Assembly (NCBI GenBank): GCA_002328585.1 | Contig: DCUV01000014.1 | Coordinates: 31,893 to 95,892 of the forward strand | Length of the DNA stretch: 64,000 nt | Source: Spirochaetia bacterium UBA2205 | Lineage (GTDB): Bacteria > Spirochaetota > UBA4802 > UB4802 | Direction of reading: 5' to 3' | Shown: in pieces, positions 28,600 to 39,782 of the stretch | How the letters are laid out: the number at the start of each line of letters is the position of its first letter | Position numbering within the stretch: the first letter of the stretch is position 1 | Program-made: the position numbers and the translations under genes | The notes under the pieces: generated by a model | Database searches by the model: none | What the model was told of the DNA's origin: nothing | The model's input: the letters and a program-made list of their open reading frames with translations, nothing else

Positions 28600-28746
28600 A
28601 TGGAAATTATGCGAATTTCAGGTGCTGATGTAGTGCCAGCAGGACCGGCTGTCAATAACCAGGGACAGCAGGAAAATACTGTAGAAAAGGAAAAACCAGA
28701 ACAGCCAGAGAAGGTAAAAGAATCAACCATCGATACATACGCTTAA
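28600..28746 (+). CDS. Small 48-aa protein missed by the ORF track
   Basis: GGAGG RBS 10 nt upstream of the ATG; MEIMRISGADVVPAGPAVNNQGQQENTVEKEKPEQPEKVKESTIDTYA; stop 11 nt before the next gene. Confidence 0.65.
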   Translation: MEIMRISGADVVPAGPAVNNQGQQENTVEKEKPEQPEKVKESTIDTYA

Positions 28747-28757
28747 GGGAAACTATC

Positions 28758-29567
28758 ATGCCAGTTACGAAAGCCGAAAAGGTTGCCTATAATGATTTTG
28801 TTAAAGGCTATAAAGCAAAGTTAGAAGAGTTAACCAAACAGATAAAAGAAGCTGAGCAAAAAAAGAAAAAGATGCCCGGTATCAAAGGGTATATAAATCT
28901 TGAGTTAATTTTGCTTTATATCAAGTATATCTATACGCTGCTGAACATGAACACAGTATCGGTGAATATGCTCAAGATAAAAAATGAGCGTTTTTTAAAT
29001 GATGCGCGTAAAGAGTTCTACAGGGTTTTACAGCTTTTTGAGGAGATAGTTGGTAAGGATATTGATCGCTTGTTAAAAGAAAATGAAGAATACCTTGCCG
29101 CTATTAATAAACTCAATCCTCAACAAACATTAGCCCTTGTTAAAGAACTTCATGTATTGTTGCAAAAAATAATGGATGCATTGGGCGAAAGTTCTAAATG
29201 GAAGTGGTCGTTTGTTGAGTTGCAGGGCAGGGTTGCTGTAATTACAAAAAACATGATAAACTTCAGTGAATTGCAAAAATATAGAGACCCACGAAAAGCG
29301 TTTTACTATGAACGACAGGATATGTTGAAATTATGCAAGCAAAGCCTTTCCGAAGCTGCCAAGCAATACAGAAATAAATATGAGATTTCCACAAAATCAA
29401 CAGAAGATATCCTGAAGTCAATAGAACTTTTAACAGCGCTGCGCAGGATTCACATATTATTTGGCGAATCTGATGAAGCTGAAAAATTAAAAAATACTAT
29501 CGAAGCGTTACGCTTGCGATTGGAAGCTGACGAGAAAGAGGAAGAAGAGAAAAAAAAGAAAAAATAA
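28758..29567 (+). CDS. Hypothetical alpha-helical protein
   Basis: 269-aa Lys/Glu-rich ORF; no motif I can name. Confidence 0.75.
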   Translation: MPVTKAEKVAYNDFVKGYKAKLEELTKQIKEAEQKKKKMPGIKGYINLELILLYIKYIYTLLNMNTVSVNMLKIKNERFLNDARKEFYRVLQLFEEIVGKDIDRLLKENEEYLAAINKLNPQQTLALVKELHVLLQKIMDALGESSKWKWSFVELQGRVAVITKNMINFSELQKYRDPRKAFYYERQDMLKLCKQSLSEAAKQYRNKYEISTKSTEDILKSIELLTALRRIHILFGESDEAEKLKNTIEALRLRLEADEKEEEEKKKKK

Positions 29568-29738
29568 GGGTACACTGAAAACGTTAATTTGTTAAATCCC
29601 TGTGTATACAAAATATTGACAACAACACTTCTTTTGATTGTTTATATGATGATCATATAAATAAGCGATTTTATATATGTCTATACACTAAAGAGATGAA
29701 AATATCATCTTTATTTCAATATTTTTAAGGAAAATGAC

Positions 29739-29767
29739 TTGACGAGAGCTATTTTTTTTAGTACATT
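29739..29767 (+). promoter_or_regulatory. sigma70 promoter of the hrcA-dnaK operon
   Basis: TTGACG-N17-TACATT directly upstream of CIRCE. Confidence 0.7.
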
Positions 29768-29768
29768 A

Positions 29769-29795
29769 TTAGCACTCGTATAGATTGAGTGCTAA
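29769..29795. promoter_or_regulatory. CIRCE operator (HrcA site)
   Basis: Perfect TTAGCACTC-N9-GAGTGCTAA upstream of hrcA. Confidence 0.97.
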
Positions 29796-29815
29796 TACTA
29801 TACGAAGAGGTTGTT

Positions 29816-30862
29816 ATGATGCATACAAAACAGTTAAATGATCGCGAAGCACAGGTTCTTAAGGCAATTGTATATGAGTATATAGCAACAGGAAAACCTG
29901 TGGGGTCTCGTTCTTTTGTTCAAAAGTATTCATTTTCATTGTCACCGGCAACCATGCGCAATGTTATGTTTGACCTGGAGCAGATGGGATATCTTTCCCA
30001 TCCGCATACCTCAGCAGGCAGAATACCAACTGATAAAGGTTATCGCTTTTATGTAGATTCATTGCTGGATACCTATGAAACAGTGGCAAAAACTGATATC
30101 GAAGTACGCGAAGAGATGTTGGCTCGTGAGATTGAACTGGATAAAATATTTATGTCTATTGTTAAGATGCTATCGCTTATTTCAAAATACACGGGTATTG
30201 CCCTGATGCCAAAACCTGATTTTACCGTAGTAAAGCATATTGAAATAATCTCGCTAACGTCTAATGATGTGTTGTTCATTATAGTAACCCGTACTGGAAT
30301 TGTTATTCATAAAAAGGTTAAACTGTCATCATCTATAAATCAGGATGATCTGTATAAATATTCACGTTTTTTGACGGCTGAGCTTTCCGGATACTCGTTG
30401 GTTGAAATACGACAGAGCCTTATTAATCAGTTGCGCACCATAACCGATGTTGAAACATCAGTCCGTGATGCAGCACTTGATATAACCGAATTAGCACTGA
30501 AGGATGAACAGGAGCCTGATATTTACATTGATGGGATTGAGAATCTGCTGCATATACCCGATATAGTTGAAGCTGAAAAGTTACATGAAATAGTACGTTT
30601 CATTGAGCAGAAAGACACCCTGCGTAAGATTATGGAAGATCTAAGACAGAAGGAAGGTGTCTTTACGCTTATTGGAGAAGAGATAAAAGATATTGCGATC
30701 CCATGTTGCAGCATTATTGCTTCATCATATAAAATTGGTAATAGTCCGGTAGGTGTTGTTGGTATTATTGGTCCAACGCGCATGGATTATGAAAAAGTAG
30801 TTCCGCTTGTGGATTATACCGGCAAAGTAGTTTCAAACTTTTTAACACAAATGACAAAATAA
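29816..30862 (+). CDS. hrcA: Heat-inducible repressor HrcA
   Basis: PVGSR, SPATMRN.M.DLE..GYL.HPHTSAGRIPTDKGYR, GIIGPTRMDY. Confidence 0.95.
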   Translation: MMHTKQLNDREAQVLKAIVYEYIATGKPVGSRSFVQKYSFSLSPATMRNVMFDLEQMGYLSHPHTSAGRIPTDKGYRFYVDSLLDTYETVAKTDIEVREEMLAREIELDKIFMSIVKMLSLISKYTGIALMPKPDFTVVKHIEIISLTSNDVLFIIVTRTGIVIHKKVKLSSSINQDDLYKYSRFLTAELSGYSLVEIRQSLINQLRTITDVETSVRDAALDITELALKDEQEPDIYIDGIENLLHIPDIVEAEKLHEIVRFIEQKDTLRKIMEDLRQKEGVFTLIGEEIKDIAIPCCSIIASSYKIGNSPVGVVGIIGPTRMDYEKVVPLVDYTGKVVSNFLTQMTK

Positions 30863-30907
30863 TATAGTTATGAATTGTTACATTACCATTGTATGGCAGA
30901 GGGTGTT

Positions 30908-31657
30908 ATGAGTAACAAACATGATAAAAGGTATAAAAGAGAAGAGCATAACAATCATGATGCAATAAATCAAGAGGATATACAGACAATGGATGAGGAA
31001 GAAATAAAAGTTCAGGGCGATGGCGATAGCTCATTGAATCCACCTGCTGGTGATGAGCAGGTGGAATCGAGCAGTGAGCTAATACAGCAAAAGGAGGACC
31101 AGTTGCGTAAGTTACAGGAAGAACTTAATAAGAAAAGTGAAGAGCTGGATGCTCTGAAAGATCTGCTGGTACGCAGACAGGCTGATTTTGAGAATTATAA
31201 AAAACGTATTATACGTTTGCAGGAGGAAGATAGAAAATTAGCTATCAAGGATATAGCGCGAGATATCATCAATATCAATGATGATTTACTGCGTGCTATT
31301 GATGCAGCATGTAATATTCAGGATGCCAGAAATCTGGCTGATGCGCATAACTCATTTGTTGAGGGAATTAGAATGATATCCCGACAAATAGAGGATATGC
31401 TAAAACGGTATGGTGTAGAAGAGATTAATAGTTTAGGACAAGCGTTTGATCCTGAGTATAATGAAGCGGTTGAAATTGATGAAAGTCCTGATGTTGAAAA
31501 GGATACTATTACCAAAGTATATCAGAAAGGTTTTAAATTGGATAAATATGTTGTGCGTGCTGCACGGGTGAAGGTGACGCGCCCGGCAAAGCAGAAGGTT
31601 AAAGATGACAATGCAAACAATACAACTGAGGAAAATACTGCTGCGTCACAAAATTAA
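30908..31657 (+). CDS. grpE: Nucleotide exchange factor GrpE
   Basis: RRQADFENYKKR, FDPEYNEAV, YQKGF.L...VVRAARVKV. Confidence 0.95.
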   Translation: MSNKHDKRYKREEHNNHDAINQEDIQTMDEEEIKVQGDGDSSLNPPAGDEQVESSSELIQQKEDQLRKLQEELNKKSEELDALKDLLVRRQADFENYKKRIIRLQEEDRKLAIKDIARDIININDDLLRAIDAACNIQDARNLADAHNSFVEGIRMISRQIEDMLKRYGVEEINSLGQAFDPEYNEAVEIDESPDVEKDTITKVYQKGFKLDKYVVRAARVKVTRPAKQKVKDDNANNTTEENTAASQN

Positions 31658-31732
31658 CAGGGATGGAAATGAACAATGATACATACTATCATTAAACTAT
31701 ATTCAATACTTTAAAAGAAAAGGAGAATTACT

Positions 31733-33664
31733 ATGAGTAAAATAATAGGGATTGACCTTGGAACCACAAATTCATGTGTTGCAGCTATGGTTGGTGGTGA
31801 ACCAGTTGTTATACCCAATTCCGAAGGACAAAGGACAACTCCATCGGTTGTTGCATTTACGGACAAAGGCGAACGTTTAGTTGGGCAGGTTGCTAAAAAT
31901 CAAATGATTACGAATCCTGAAAATACAATACGTTCCATTAAACGGTTTATGGGGCGGTCCTATGGAGAAGTGCAAAATGAAATGAAGATGGTTCCTTTTA
32001 CCGTTGCTGATGATGGTAAAGGTGGTGTGAAGATTAAAACAAATGCAGGGGAATTTACACCTCAGGAAATTTCAGCAAGAATTTTACAGAAGATGAAACA
32101 GAGTGCTGAGGATTACCTGGGTGAAAAAGTAACTCGTGCAGTCATTACAGTACCTGCATATTTTAATGATTCACAACGGCAGGCAACAAAGGATGCAGGC
32201 AGGATTGCTGGTTTAACCGTTGAACGAATAATTAACGAACCAACTGCTGCAGCATTGGCGTATGGGCTTGATAAGAAAGAGCGCAATCACAAGATTGCAG
32301 TGTATGATTTAGGTGGTGGAACATTTGATGTATCAATACTTGAGCTGGGCGATGGGGTTTTTGAGGTAAAATCTACCAATGGAAACACACATCTGGGTGG
32401 CGATGATTTTGATCAGCGTATAATGGAGTGGCTGATAACAGAATTTAAAAAACAAACGGGAATTGATCTGCATACAGACAAGATGGCGTTGCAAAGACTA
32501 AAAGAAGCTGCAGAAAAAGCCAAGATAGAGCTGTCCAATAAATTGCAGACCGAGATTAATATACCGTTCATTACTGCTGATCAGAATGGTCCTAAACATC
32601 TTATTATGACTCTGACACGTTCAAAATTTGAAGGATTGGTAGAAGATCTCATTGAATCTACCAAAGAACCGTGTATAAAAGCACTGGAAGACGCAGGACT
32701 TACCCCTGGCGATATCGATGAGGTAATCTTAGTTGGCGGATCAATACGAATCCCTGCTGTTCAGGAACTGGTGCGACGCGTGTTTGGGAAAGAGCCTCAT
32801 AAAGGTGTAAATCCGGATGAGGTTGTTGCTGTGGGCGCTGCAATTCAGGGCGGAGTTTTAGCAGGTGAAGTTCATGATGTGTTGCTGCTGGATGTTACAC
32901 CACTGTCGCTTGGTATAGAGACATTGGGTGGTGTAATGACCAAGCTCATTGAACGTAACACAACTATACCAACCAGAAAGAGTCAGATCTTTTCAACTGC
33001 CGCCGACAATCAGACGGCTGTGTCAATCCATGTGTTGCAGGGTGAACGCGAGTTAGCTTCGCAGAACAGAACCATAGGCCGATTTGACCTCATTGGTATT
33101 CCACCTGCACCCCGTGGCGTGCCACAAATTGAAGTAACGTTTGACATAGATGCCAATGGAATATTACATGTATCAGCAAAAGATCTTGGTACAGGGAAAG
33201 AGCAGAAAATAAGGATTGAAGCCTCAAGTGGTTTGAATGAAGATGAAATAAAGAAGATGGTTAAAGATGCTGAACAACATGCTGAAGAAGACAAAAAGGA
33301 GCGTCAACTTGTAGAAGCTCGTAATGAAGCGGATGCTTTAATCTATTCACTTGAAAAACTGATAAAGGAAAATGAAGGTAAGATAGATGCTGCGGAAAAA
33401 TCTTCAATAGAATCTGAAATTGAAAATCTCAGGAAAGCAATGGAATCAAGTGATATTAATGTGATACGTGATGCAAAAGGTAAACTGGAAAGAGCATCCC
33501 ATTCATTTGCAGAAAAGCTTTATAAGCAGGGTGCCGAACAATATGCTCAATCACAATCACAGCAACAAGCGGATACTTCCAGCACAACTGAGGAAAGCAC
33601 TCAGGGCGGTGAAAAGGTATATGATGCAGATTATGAAGTGGTAGATGAAGATAAGAAAAAATAA
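31733..33664 (+). CDS. dnaK: Chaperone DnaK
   Basis: [21 protein letters not shown] and the other Hsp70 signatures. Confidence 0.98.
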   Translation: MSKIIGIDLGTTNSCVAAMVGGEPVVIPNSEGQRTTPSVVAFTDKGERLVGQVAKNQMITNPENTIRSIKRFMGRSYGEVQNEMKMVPFTVADDGKGGVKIKTNAGEFTPQEISARILQKMKQSAEDYLGEKVTRAVITVPAYFNDSQRQATKDAGRIAGLTVERIINEPTAAALAYGLDKKERNHKIAVYDLGGGTFDVSILELGDGVFEVKSTNGNTHLGGDDFDQRIMEWLITEFKKQTGIDLHTDKMALQRLKEAAEKAKIELSNKLQTEINIPFITADQNGPKHLIMTLTRSKFEGLVEDLIESTKEPCIKALEDAGLTPGDIDEVILVGGSIRIPAVQELVRRVFGKEPHKGVNPDEVVAVGAAIQGGVLAGEVHDVLLLDVTPLSLGIETLGGVMTKLIERNTTIPTRKSQIFSTAADNQTAVSIHVLQGERELASQNRTIGRFDLIGIPPAPRGVPQIEVTFDIDANGILHVSAKDLGTGKEQKIRIEASSGLNEDEIKKMVKDAEQHAEEDKKERQLVEARNEADALIYSLEKLIKENEGKIDAAEKSSIESEIENLRKAMESSDINVIRDAKGKLERASHSFAEKLYKQGAEQYAQSQSQQQADTSSTTEESTQGGEKVYDADYEVVDEDKKK

Positions 33665-33676
33665 ATTATAGCAGTA

Positions 33677-33717
33677 AATAATTGTGCGGCAATGCTTGTC
33701 ATTGCTGCACAATTATT
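33677..33717 (+). other. 18-bp stem-loop between dnaK and dnaJ (mRNA stabiliser or attenuator)
   Basis: AATAATTGTGCGGCAATG-CTTGT-CATTGCTGCACAATTATT with one G-U pair. Confidence 0.7.
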
Positions 33718-33737
33718 GTAATTTTTTTAAATAAGGG

Positions 33738-34871
33738 GTGATGACCTTGGCTACGACGAAGCGAGATTATTATGAAGTTCTGGGTGTTCCTAAAAATGCA
33801 ACAGAAGATGAGATAAAGCAAGCTTACAGAAAGCTTGCTTTAAAATTTCACCCTGACCGCAATAAAGGAAGTAAAGAGGCAGAAGAGAAATTTAAAGAAG
33901 CTACTGAAGCATATGAAGTTTTACGTGATCCAAAGCGCCGGGCACAGTATGATAAGTTTGGCCATGAAGGTGTTGCAGGATTTGAAGGCTTCGGCAGAGG
34001 AGCATATACCGATTTTTCGGATATCTTTGGTGATTTTGATTTAGGTGATATATTTGAAAGCTTTTTTGGTGCTGGTGCTGGCTCTGGTTTTGGCACACGA
34101 ACACGATCATCCCGTACGCGTCGGGGAAGAGATATTCAGTATGATTTGTCAATAACACTGGAAGATGCAGCCAATGGAAAAGAGGTCCAGATTGAAATTC
34201 CGCGCCACGAGGTATGCAGTAGTTGTGGTGGTACAGGTTCGGCATCAGGTTCAAAACCAACAGTATGTCCTGTTTGTAATGGGACAGGGCAAATACGTCA
34301 GACGCAGGGATTTTTTTCAGTAACCCAGACATGTTATAAATGCAGAGGTGAAGGAAAAATTATAACCTCACCATGCAGGGTATGTAGAGGGACAGGATTA
34401 GAAGAAAAACATCGCAAAATTACCGTAAAGATTCCTGCGGGTGTTGAGTCTGGATCTCGTTTAAAAATTTCCGGAGAAGGTGAACAAGGGCCCGGTGGTG
34501 GTTCGGCAGGCGATTTATATGTTGTTGTACATATTCAGAAACATCCGCTGTTTGAACGACACGGAAATGATCTGATTTGTGTTGTTGATATACCGTTTAC
34601 CATAGCCTGTCTTGGAGGTGAGATAGAGGTGCCAACAATATATGATAAAAAAGCAAAAATGAAAATACCGCCAGGGACTGAAAATGGTCAAATATTCAGA
34701 CTTAAAGGCAATGGAATGCCATATCTGGGTTCGTACGGCAAGGGTGATCAATTGGTAAAAATTAATATTAAGGTACCAAAAAAATTAACACCTCGTCAGA
34801 AAGAATTGTTAAAGGAATTTGCTCGCATTGAAGGGGAAACGGTAGATACTGATAGAGAATTTTACTCATAA
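33738..34871 (+). CDS. dnaJ: Chaperone DnaJ
   Basis: J-domain HPD, G/F region, four CxxCxGxG repeats. Confidence 0.97.
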   Translation: MMTLATTKRDYYEVLGVPKNATEDEIKQAYRKLALKFHPDRNKGSKEAEEKFKEATEAYEVLRDPKRRAQYDKFGHEGVAGFEGFGRGAYTDFSDIFGDFDLGDIFESFFGAGAGSGFGTRTRSSRTRRGRDIQYDLSITLEDAANGKEVQIEIPRHEVCSSCGGTGSASGSKPTVCPVCNGTGQIRQTQGFFSVTQTCYKCRGEGKIITSPCRVCRGTGLEEKHRKITVKIPAGVESGSRLKISGEGEQGPGGGSAGDLYVVVHIQKHPLFERHGNDLICVVDIPFTIACLGGEIEVPTIYDKKAKMKIPPGTENGQIFRLKGNGMPYLGSYGKGDQLVKINIKVPKKLTPRQKELLKEFARIEGETVDTDREFYS

Positions 34872-34898
34872 AAGAGCGGTATTTACAACCGCTCTTTT
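34870..34898. terminator. Bidirectional terminator between convergent genes
   Basis: AAAAGAGCGGT-ATTTACA-ACCGCTCTTTT. Confidence 0.8.
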
Positions 34899-35938
34899 AC
34901 ATATTTAGAGATTACATTTTTTGCCGCTTCTGACATCTGAACAAGCTTGAAGGTATAGTAGATAATTTTTTCTTTGGTTATTGTTCGCGAGGCAATAATG
35001 GTACTGAGTATCTCAATTTTAAAATTTTCAAGTGTAAAGAATAATATATATTCTTTTTGATACTCCAGCCGTTCCTCAACCCTGATTACAGCTTCATACT
35101 CATTTAAGCGCTCTATAGTTCCATTTATTGAAACGGTTTCATCATGTTGTATTATTACTTCTTCACTATTTTTGCTTTCATCGTTTTTGAGCTGAATGGT
35201 ACAGGGAATAAGTGTTTGAATATATGGATGATGTACCTCTTTGCCTCTTTTAAATGCTTGTGGCTTTTGTAATACTATGGCATTTTCCTGAATGGCAATG
35301 ATTTTTGAATCAAAAGAATATTCAGCATCTCCGTTTCTAAAAAAGAAAATTGTTACTTGCTCTGCAATGATGTCAGCAGGGATATCCTCAGGTTTACGAA
35401 AATATTTACAATGGATGGCATCTTCAGTAATCTGTGTTATCTTAGCTATAAATGCCCTTCCTGTTGCACTATAGCCGCATAACATGGTATCCGCAGTCAA
35501 TTCATCCGGCGAATTTAAAGGCTCTTGATATTCCACCGGGTTATATATCCTTTCATAGGTTATAACTATATCTTTAAAAATATCTTTTAAATCTTCATTG
35601 AATATATCTCTGGATTTTTTTATATACTGTAAAAATTTTAACAGACCGGTTTCAAAAATGGTTATATTATTAAAAATAACTTCAGGAGAGCTTAATTTAG
35701 ACAGTGCGACAATATGTTGTAAAATACGAATCTGATACCCGGTTAAACCCCTCTGGCGCGCTTTATAGATAAAAAGCTGTTCAATACTTGATTTCTTTAA
35801 TTTAAGATATTGATTATATCGCAACAGTGCAAAAAAACCTATAATGACAAGAATAACAAACAGCGTTACCAACACCTCCCACAGGGGAGCAACCCGCCAC
35901 CGTACTCCAAATACTGTAATTATTTCCATACTTGCCAC
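34883..35938 (-). CDS. Hypothetical single-pass membrane protein
   Basis: N-terminal hydrophobic helix; beta-rich C-terminal part (possibly PilZ-like, unconfirmed). Confidence 0.65.
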   Translation of the reverse strand: MASMEIITVFGVRWRVAPLWEVLVTLFVILVIIGFFALLRYNQYLKLKKSSIEQLFIYKARQRGLTGYQIRILQHIVALSKLSSPEVIFNNITIFETGLLKFLQYIKKSRDIFNEDLKDIFKDIVITYERIYNPVEYQEPLNSPDELTADTMLCGYSATGRAFIAKITQITEDAIHCKYFRKPEDIPADIIAEQVTIFFFRNGDAEYSFDSKIIAIQENAIVLQKPQAFKRGKEVHHPYIQTLIPCTIQLKNDESKNSEEVIIQHDETVSINGTIERLNEYEAVIRVEERLEYQKEYILFFTLENFKIEILSTIIASRTITKEKIIYYTFKLVQMSEAAKNVISKYVKERL

Positions 35939-36284
35939 ATACCATTAAATTAACCCGCGTGTGCCGCAGTGGTATGAATATTTGAGCTCCCTTTGTAAAG
36001 GTGGATTCTCGCATACGGACATCTATCTACTTCATAATGAAGCGTGATATAAATCCGCAGATTAGAGATTCCCTGCTCAGTAGTATTGGAACTACAATAT
36101 GACATACCATACACGAACACCGCAGGCTTACTGTCTAATATACTGAAATAATATTTATTGGCAACAAAAATTTTACTTGCTAATGTGGGTGAAAACACTG
36201 ATACAGTGTGGAGCATGGTTTCATAACAATAACTGATATACAGTAACTATCGAACACAAAAAAGCTTTAAAGGCTACATCCGCA

Positions 36285-39161
36285 GTGTTGAAAAAAATTT
36301 TCAAACATAAAATTTGTTATAGTGCAATACTATGTGTCAGCATAACCGTTCCTTTGTTTATATACCCATTTGGCAAAAACAAGGTTACGGTTGAGGTATT
36401 TACGTGGCATATTTTAAAGACAATACATTTCAATGTATATTATCCCTACGGCATGGAGAGGCTGGCTGCAACGACGGCTTCAATTGCTGAAAGGGCATAC
36501 GGATATCTTGCCGATACACTGCAACACCAGCTCAATGAACCGGTGCCAATCATTGTATTCCCTTCGCACATAGATTTTCAGGAAAATAATATCCTGATGC
36601 AGATCATTGGCGAGGGTACCGGCGGATTTACTGAAGCATTTAAAAACAGGGTGGTGATACCGTTTAGTGGTTCATACGATGAATATCAGCATGTTCTGGT
36701 TCACGAGCTTGTTCATGCATTTCAGTTCAATATTCTTATGCACGATAGTTCCGGTAAACTACAGTCAATGATGAGTATGGGAGCTGTGCCATTGTGGTTT
36801 ACCGAAGGTATGTCAGAGTATCTATCAATTGGATTTGATGAAACTGCCGATATGACCATGCGCGATTTCTTTTTTAATGATCAGTATGTAAGCCTGATGG
36901 ACTTTACTACCTATCGTACCGGCAATCTGTACTACTACTATAAGGTTGGGCAGGCATTTTTTTACTTTTTTGAAACGGTGTATGGTAAGGGAAAAATTGG
37001 CGAATTTTTACGTGACATACGCGATTGTAATAATTTTGAAAAGGCATTGAAGGTACATACAAAAAAGGATCTCGAGGCTATTGATAAAGAATTCAGACAC
37101 TTTTATAAAAAACGATATTACCCTTTGATGGTTGGCAGAAATTTTGATGAAGAGGAAGGTGAAAGGATAACCGATCATAAAAAAACGCTCTCAGTGTTCA
37201 ATACATGCCCTGCCATATCGCCTGATGGTAAAAAAATTGCCTATATCGATAACAGAGATATCTATGCTTCAATTTCGGTTATTACCATTGGCGAAAAAGA
37301 GGCTGAGGAAAAAGCCCGTGTGCTATTGAAAGGGAATGAAACCTCTCAGTTTGAAGGAATGCATTTGCTGGATAACTATCTGTCATGGACACCGGATGGC
37401 AAAGGCATTGTGTTTGTTTCACAATCTAACAACAGGGATGTTATCTTTATACTGGACAGCCAAAGCGGTATAATTATCAAAAAGATAGTACTGCCGTTGC
37501 GTTCAATTAAAGATCCAGCACTATCGCCCGATGGCAGCTATATAAGCTTTATAGGGCAGACCAATACCCGGAGTGATGTGTATATCTACAGGCTCAACGA
37601 TACAATGTTACAGCAGATAACCAATGATGTGTATACGGAACGGTATCCCAAGCTTGATAAAAAAAATGCTTTCATTTACTATTCATCAAACTATCCAACA
37701 AATGATTATACATGTGCAGACTATGCAATTATCAAACACAATGTATTAACAGGTGAGCGACAGGTTATAGTGGAGGCTCAGTCAAAAAATTTACAGGTTG
37801 ATGTTGCAGAGGATGACAATACTATTGTATACATCTCAAACAGGGATGGAATCTATAATGTTTATCGTTATACTATTGAAACAGGCGAGGAAACAAAAAT
37901 TACTACGGGAACAACCGGTATATTTTATCCGCGTCTTTTCCCGGAGGGTAATGCATTTGCGTTTGTTTCATATCAAAATGGTGGATACGATATCTTTATA
38001 AAAAATGGAATAAAACCTGTTACGGAAACCCCGCTGTTTAACAGTGAGCATATACCGGTAATGCTGCCCCCAAACTATTTTCCACTATCAAAAGCTGTGT
38101 GGGACAACTATGAAACAAGGATTTCATCTGACTGGGTTTTTGTTGGGCTTGGCGGAACGGTTGGCTATGGCTTTACTGGTTTTGCGCAGATGAGCTTCAG
38201 CGATTATCTGGGTGATAACCGGATTATCGTAACAACTGATTTTTTTCAGGATGATGAGAGCAACAACTTTATGAATTACGATGTGCAGTATCTGTATTTG
38301 CGCTATCGATGGGACTGGACCTTTGGTTGTTTCAGACAGAAAAACCCGTATGGCATATTTACTCTGGCAAACCTTAACGATATCATTCATAATGCATACT
38401 GGTCAACGCTTTCAATGGACCACTATGGTGCATATGTGATTGCAAGCTATCCTTTTACTAAATTTTCGCGTTTCAGCACCCGTGTTTCCTCAAGCCGCTA
38501 TGAACAGGATTACAGCTATAGTGATGAGCGTCCGGATGTTTATGGCAATTTAAATTCAATTTCTGTATCATACAATTACGATAATGTTTTGTGGGGTTTT
38601 TTAGCGCCATTGCGGGGCACTCGTGGGCAGATAATGTTGACCCAGGTGTTTAACCTGACAGGGCAGGATTATTCATTTACCAGCGTAGATATTGATCTGC
38701 GGCATTATTTTTTCATTGATAAGCAGTATGTTATAGCGCTCCGTGGTGTGGGTGGCAAGATTATGGGTGGTGAGAAAGAGTATTTTAAATATTATATTGG
38801 TGGATTTAATACCCTTCGTGGACATCCGTTTGTAGAATATGGTGGTAGCAATGTTTTTTTGTTCAATGCTGAGTTCAGGTTTACATTCATTGAATCAATA
38901 AACATGGGCTGGCCACTCTTTTTAAAGATTGGAAATATTGGCGGAGTTTTATTTGTTGACGCAGGTTCAGCATGGGATAATTCGTATACTTTTTTTAATA
39001 ATGAAACAGATCGATTTGAAGATTTTAAAATGGACATGGGATTTGGATTCAGGCTTACTGTATACCCAATAGTTATTTTAAAACTTGATTATGCATGGCC
39101 ATATTATTATGGTGAGTTTGGTGAAAAAGAGATACTCTTTAGTTTAGGATATGAATTTTGA
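36285..39161 (+). CDS. Gluzincin-motif / PD40 beta-propeller / Omp85-like barrel protein
   Basis: HELVH + WFTEGMSEY; repeated SPDG/TPDG; C-terminal barrel ending in SLGYEF. Confidence 0.75.
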   Translation: MLKKIFKHKICYSAILCVSITVPLFIYPFGKNKVTVEVFTWHILKTIHFNVYYPYGMERLAATTASIAERAYGYLADTLQHQLNEPVPIIVFPSHIDFQENNILMQIIGEGTGGFTEAFKNRVVIPFSGSYDEYQHVLVHELVHAFQFNILMHDSSGKLQSMMSMGAVPLWFTEGMSEYLSIGFDETADMTMRDFFFNDQYVSLMDFTTYRTGNLYYYYKVGQAFFYFFETVYGKGKIGEFLRDIRDCNNFEKALKVHTKKDLEAIDKEFRHFYKKRYYPLMVGRNFDEEEGERITDHKKTLSVFNTCPAISPDGKKIAYIDNRDIYASISVITIGEKEAEEKARVLLKGNETSQFEGMHLLDNYLSWTPDGKGIVFVSQSNNRDVIFILDSQSGIIIKKIVLPLRSIKDPALSPDGSYISFIGQTNTRSDVYIYRLNDTMLQQITNDVYTERYPKLDKKNAFIYYSSNYPTNDYTCADYAIIKHNVLTGERQVIVEAQSKNLQVDVAEDDNTIVYISNRDGIYNVYRYTIETGEETKITTGTTGIFYPRLFPEGNAFAFVSYQNGGYDIFIKNGIKPVTETPLFNSEHIPVMLPPNYFPLSKAVWDNYETRISSDWVFVGLGGTVGYGFTGFAQMSFSDYLGDNRIIVTTDFFQDDESNNFMNYDVQYLYLRYRWDWTFGCFRQKNPYGIFTLANLNDIIHNAYWSTLSMDHYGAYVIASYPFTKFSRFSTRVSSSRYEQDYSYSDERPDVYGNLNSISVSYNYDNVLWGFLAPLRGTRGQIMLTQVFNLTGQDYSFTSVDIDLRHYFFIDKQYVIALRGVGGKIMGGEKEYFKYYIGGFNTLRGHPFVEYGGSNVFLFNAEFRFTFIESINMGWPLFLKIGNIGGVLFVDAGSAWDNSYTFFNNETDRFEDFKMDMGFGFRLTVYPIVILKLDYAWPYYYGEFGEKEILFSLGYEF

Positions 39162-39197
39162 TGGGGGAAAGATTCTATTTTTAAGGGGTTTAATTCA

Positions 39198-39782
39198 ATG
39201 GAACGAAGTGCACATATAGAACGTAAAACAAATGAAACTGACATAACATTAAAATGTATACTTGATAGTGGTGATGCAAGCACCATCACTACAGGAATTG
39301 GTTTTTTTAATCATATGCTCACATTGTTTGTTATGCATGGAAGGATGAATATACAGCTCAATGCAAAAGGCGATCTGGAGGTTGATGATCATCATACTGT
39401 AGAGGATATTGGGATATGCATGGGAAAAGCGTTCAATAAAGCATTGGGCGATAAAAGCGGGATTAGCAGGTTTGGGCAGGCAACCATCCCTATGGATGAG
39501 GCTTGCACTGCTGCTGTTGTTGATATATCAGGAAGGGGGTGCTTTGTATATAAAGGCGATAAACTTACCGGGGCAATAGGGCAATACCAGGAGGAGCTTA
39601 CCCTGGAATTTTTTCAATCGTTTGCACATAATGCCCTGATTACACTGCATATACAACAGATGTATGGCGACAACCGTCATCATATACATGAATCAATCTT
39701 TAAAGCAGCAGGATTGGCATTATACCGGGCTTACAGCTTGAGTGAGCATACCGGTATACCATCAACAAAAGGAGTGTTATGA
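39198..39782 (+). CDS. hisB: Imidazoleglycerol-phosphate dehydratase
   Basis: RKTNETDI, DDHHTVED, HHIHESIFKA, IPSTKGVL. Confidence 0.96.
   Translation: MERSAHIERKTNETDITLKCILDSGDASTITTGIGFFNHMLTLFVMHGRMNIQLNAKGDLEVDDHHTVEDIGICMGKAFNKALGDKSGISRFGQATIPMDEACTAAVVDISGRGCFVYKGDKLTGAIGQYQEELTLEFFQSFAHNALITLHIQQMYGDNRHHIHESIFKAAGLALYRAYSLSEHTGIPSTKGVL

Noticed and set aside
35950-36216. 88-aa ORF on the minus strand
   Set aside because: No RBS or motif, and the composition is not clearly coding; left uncalled.
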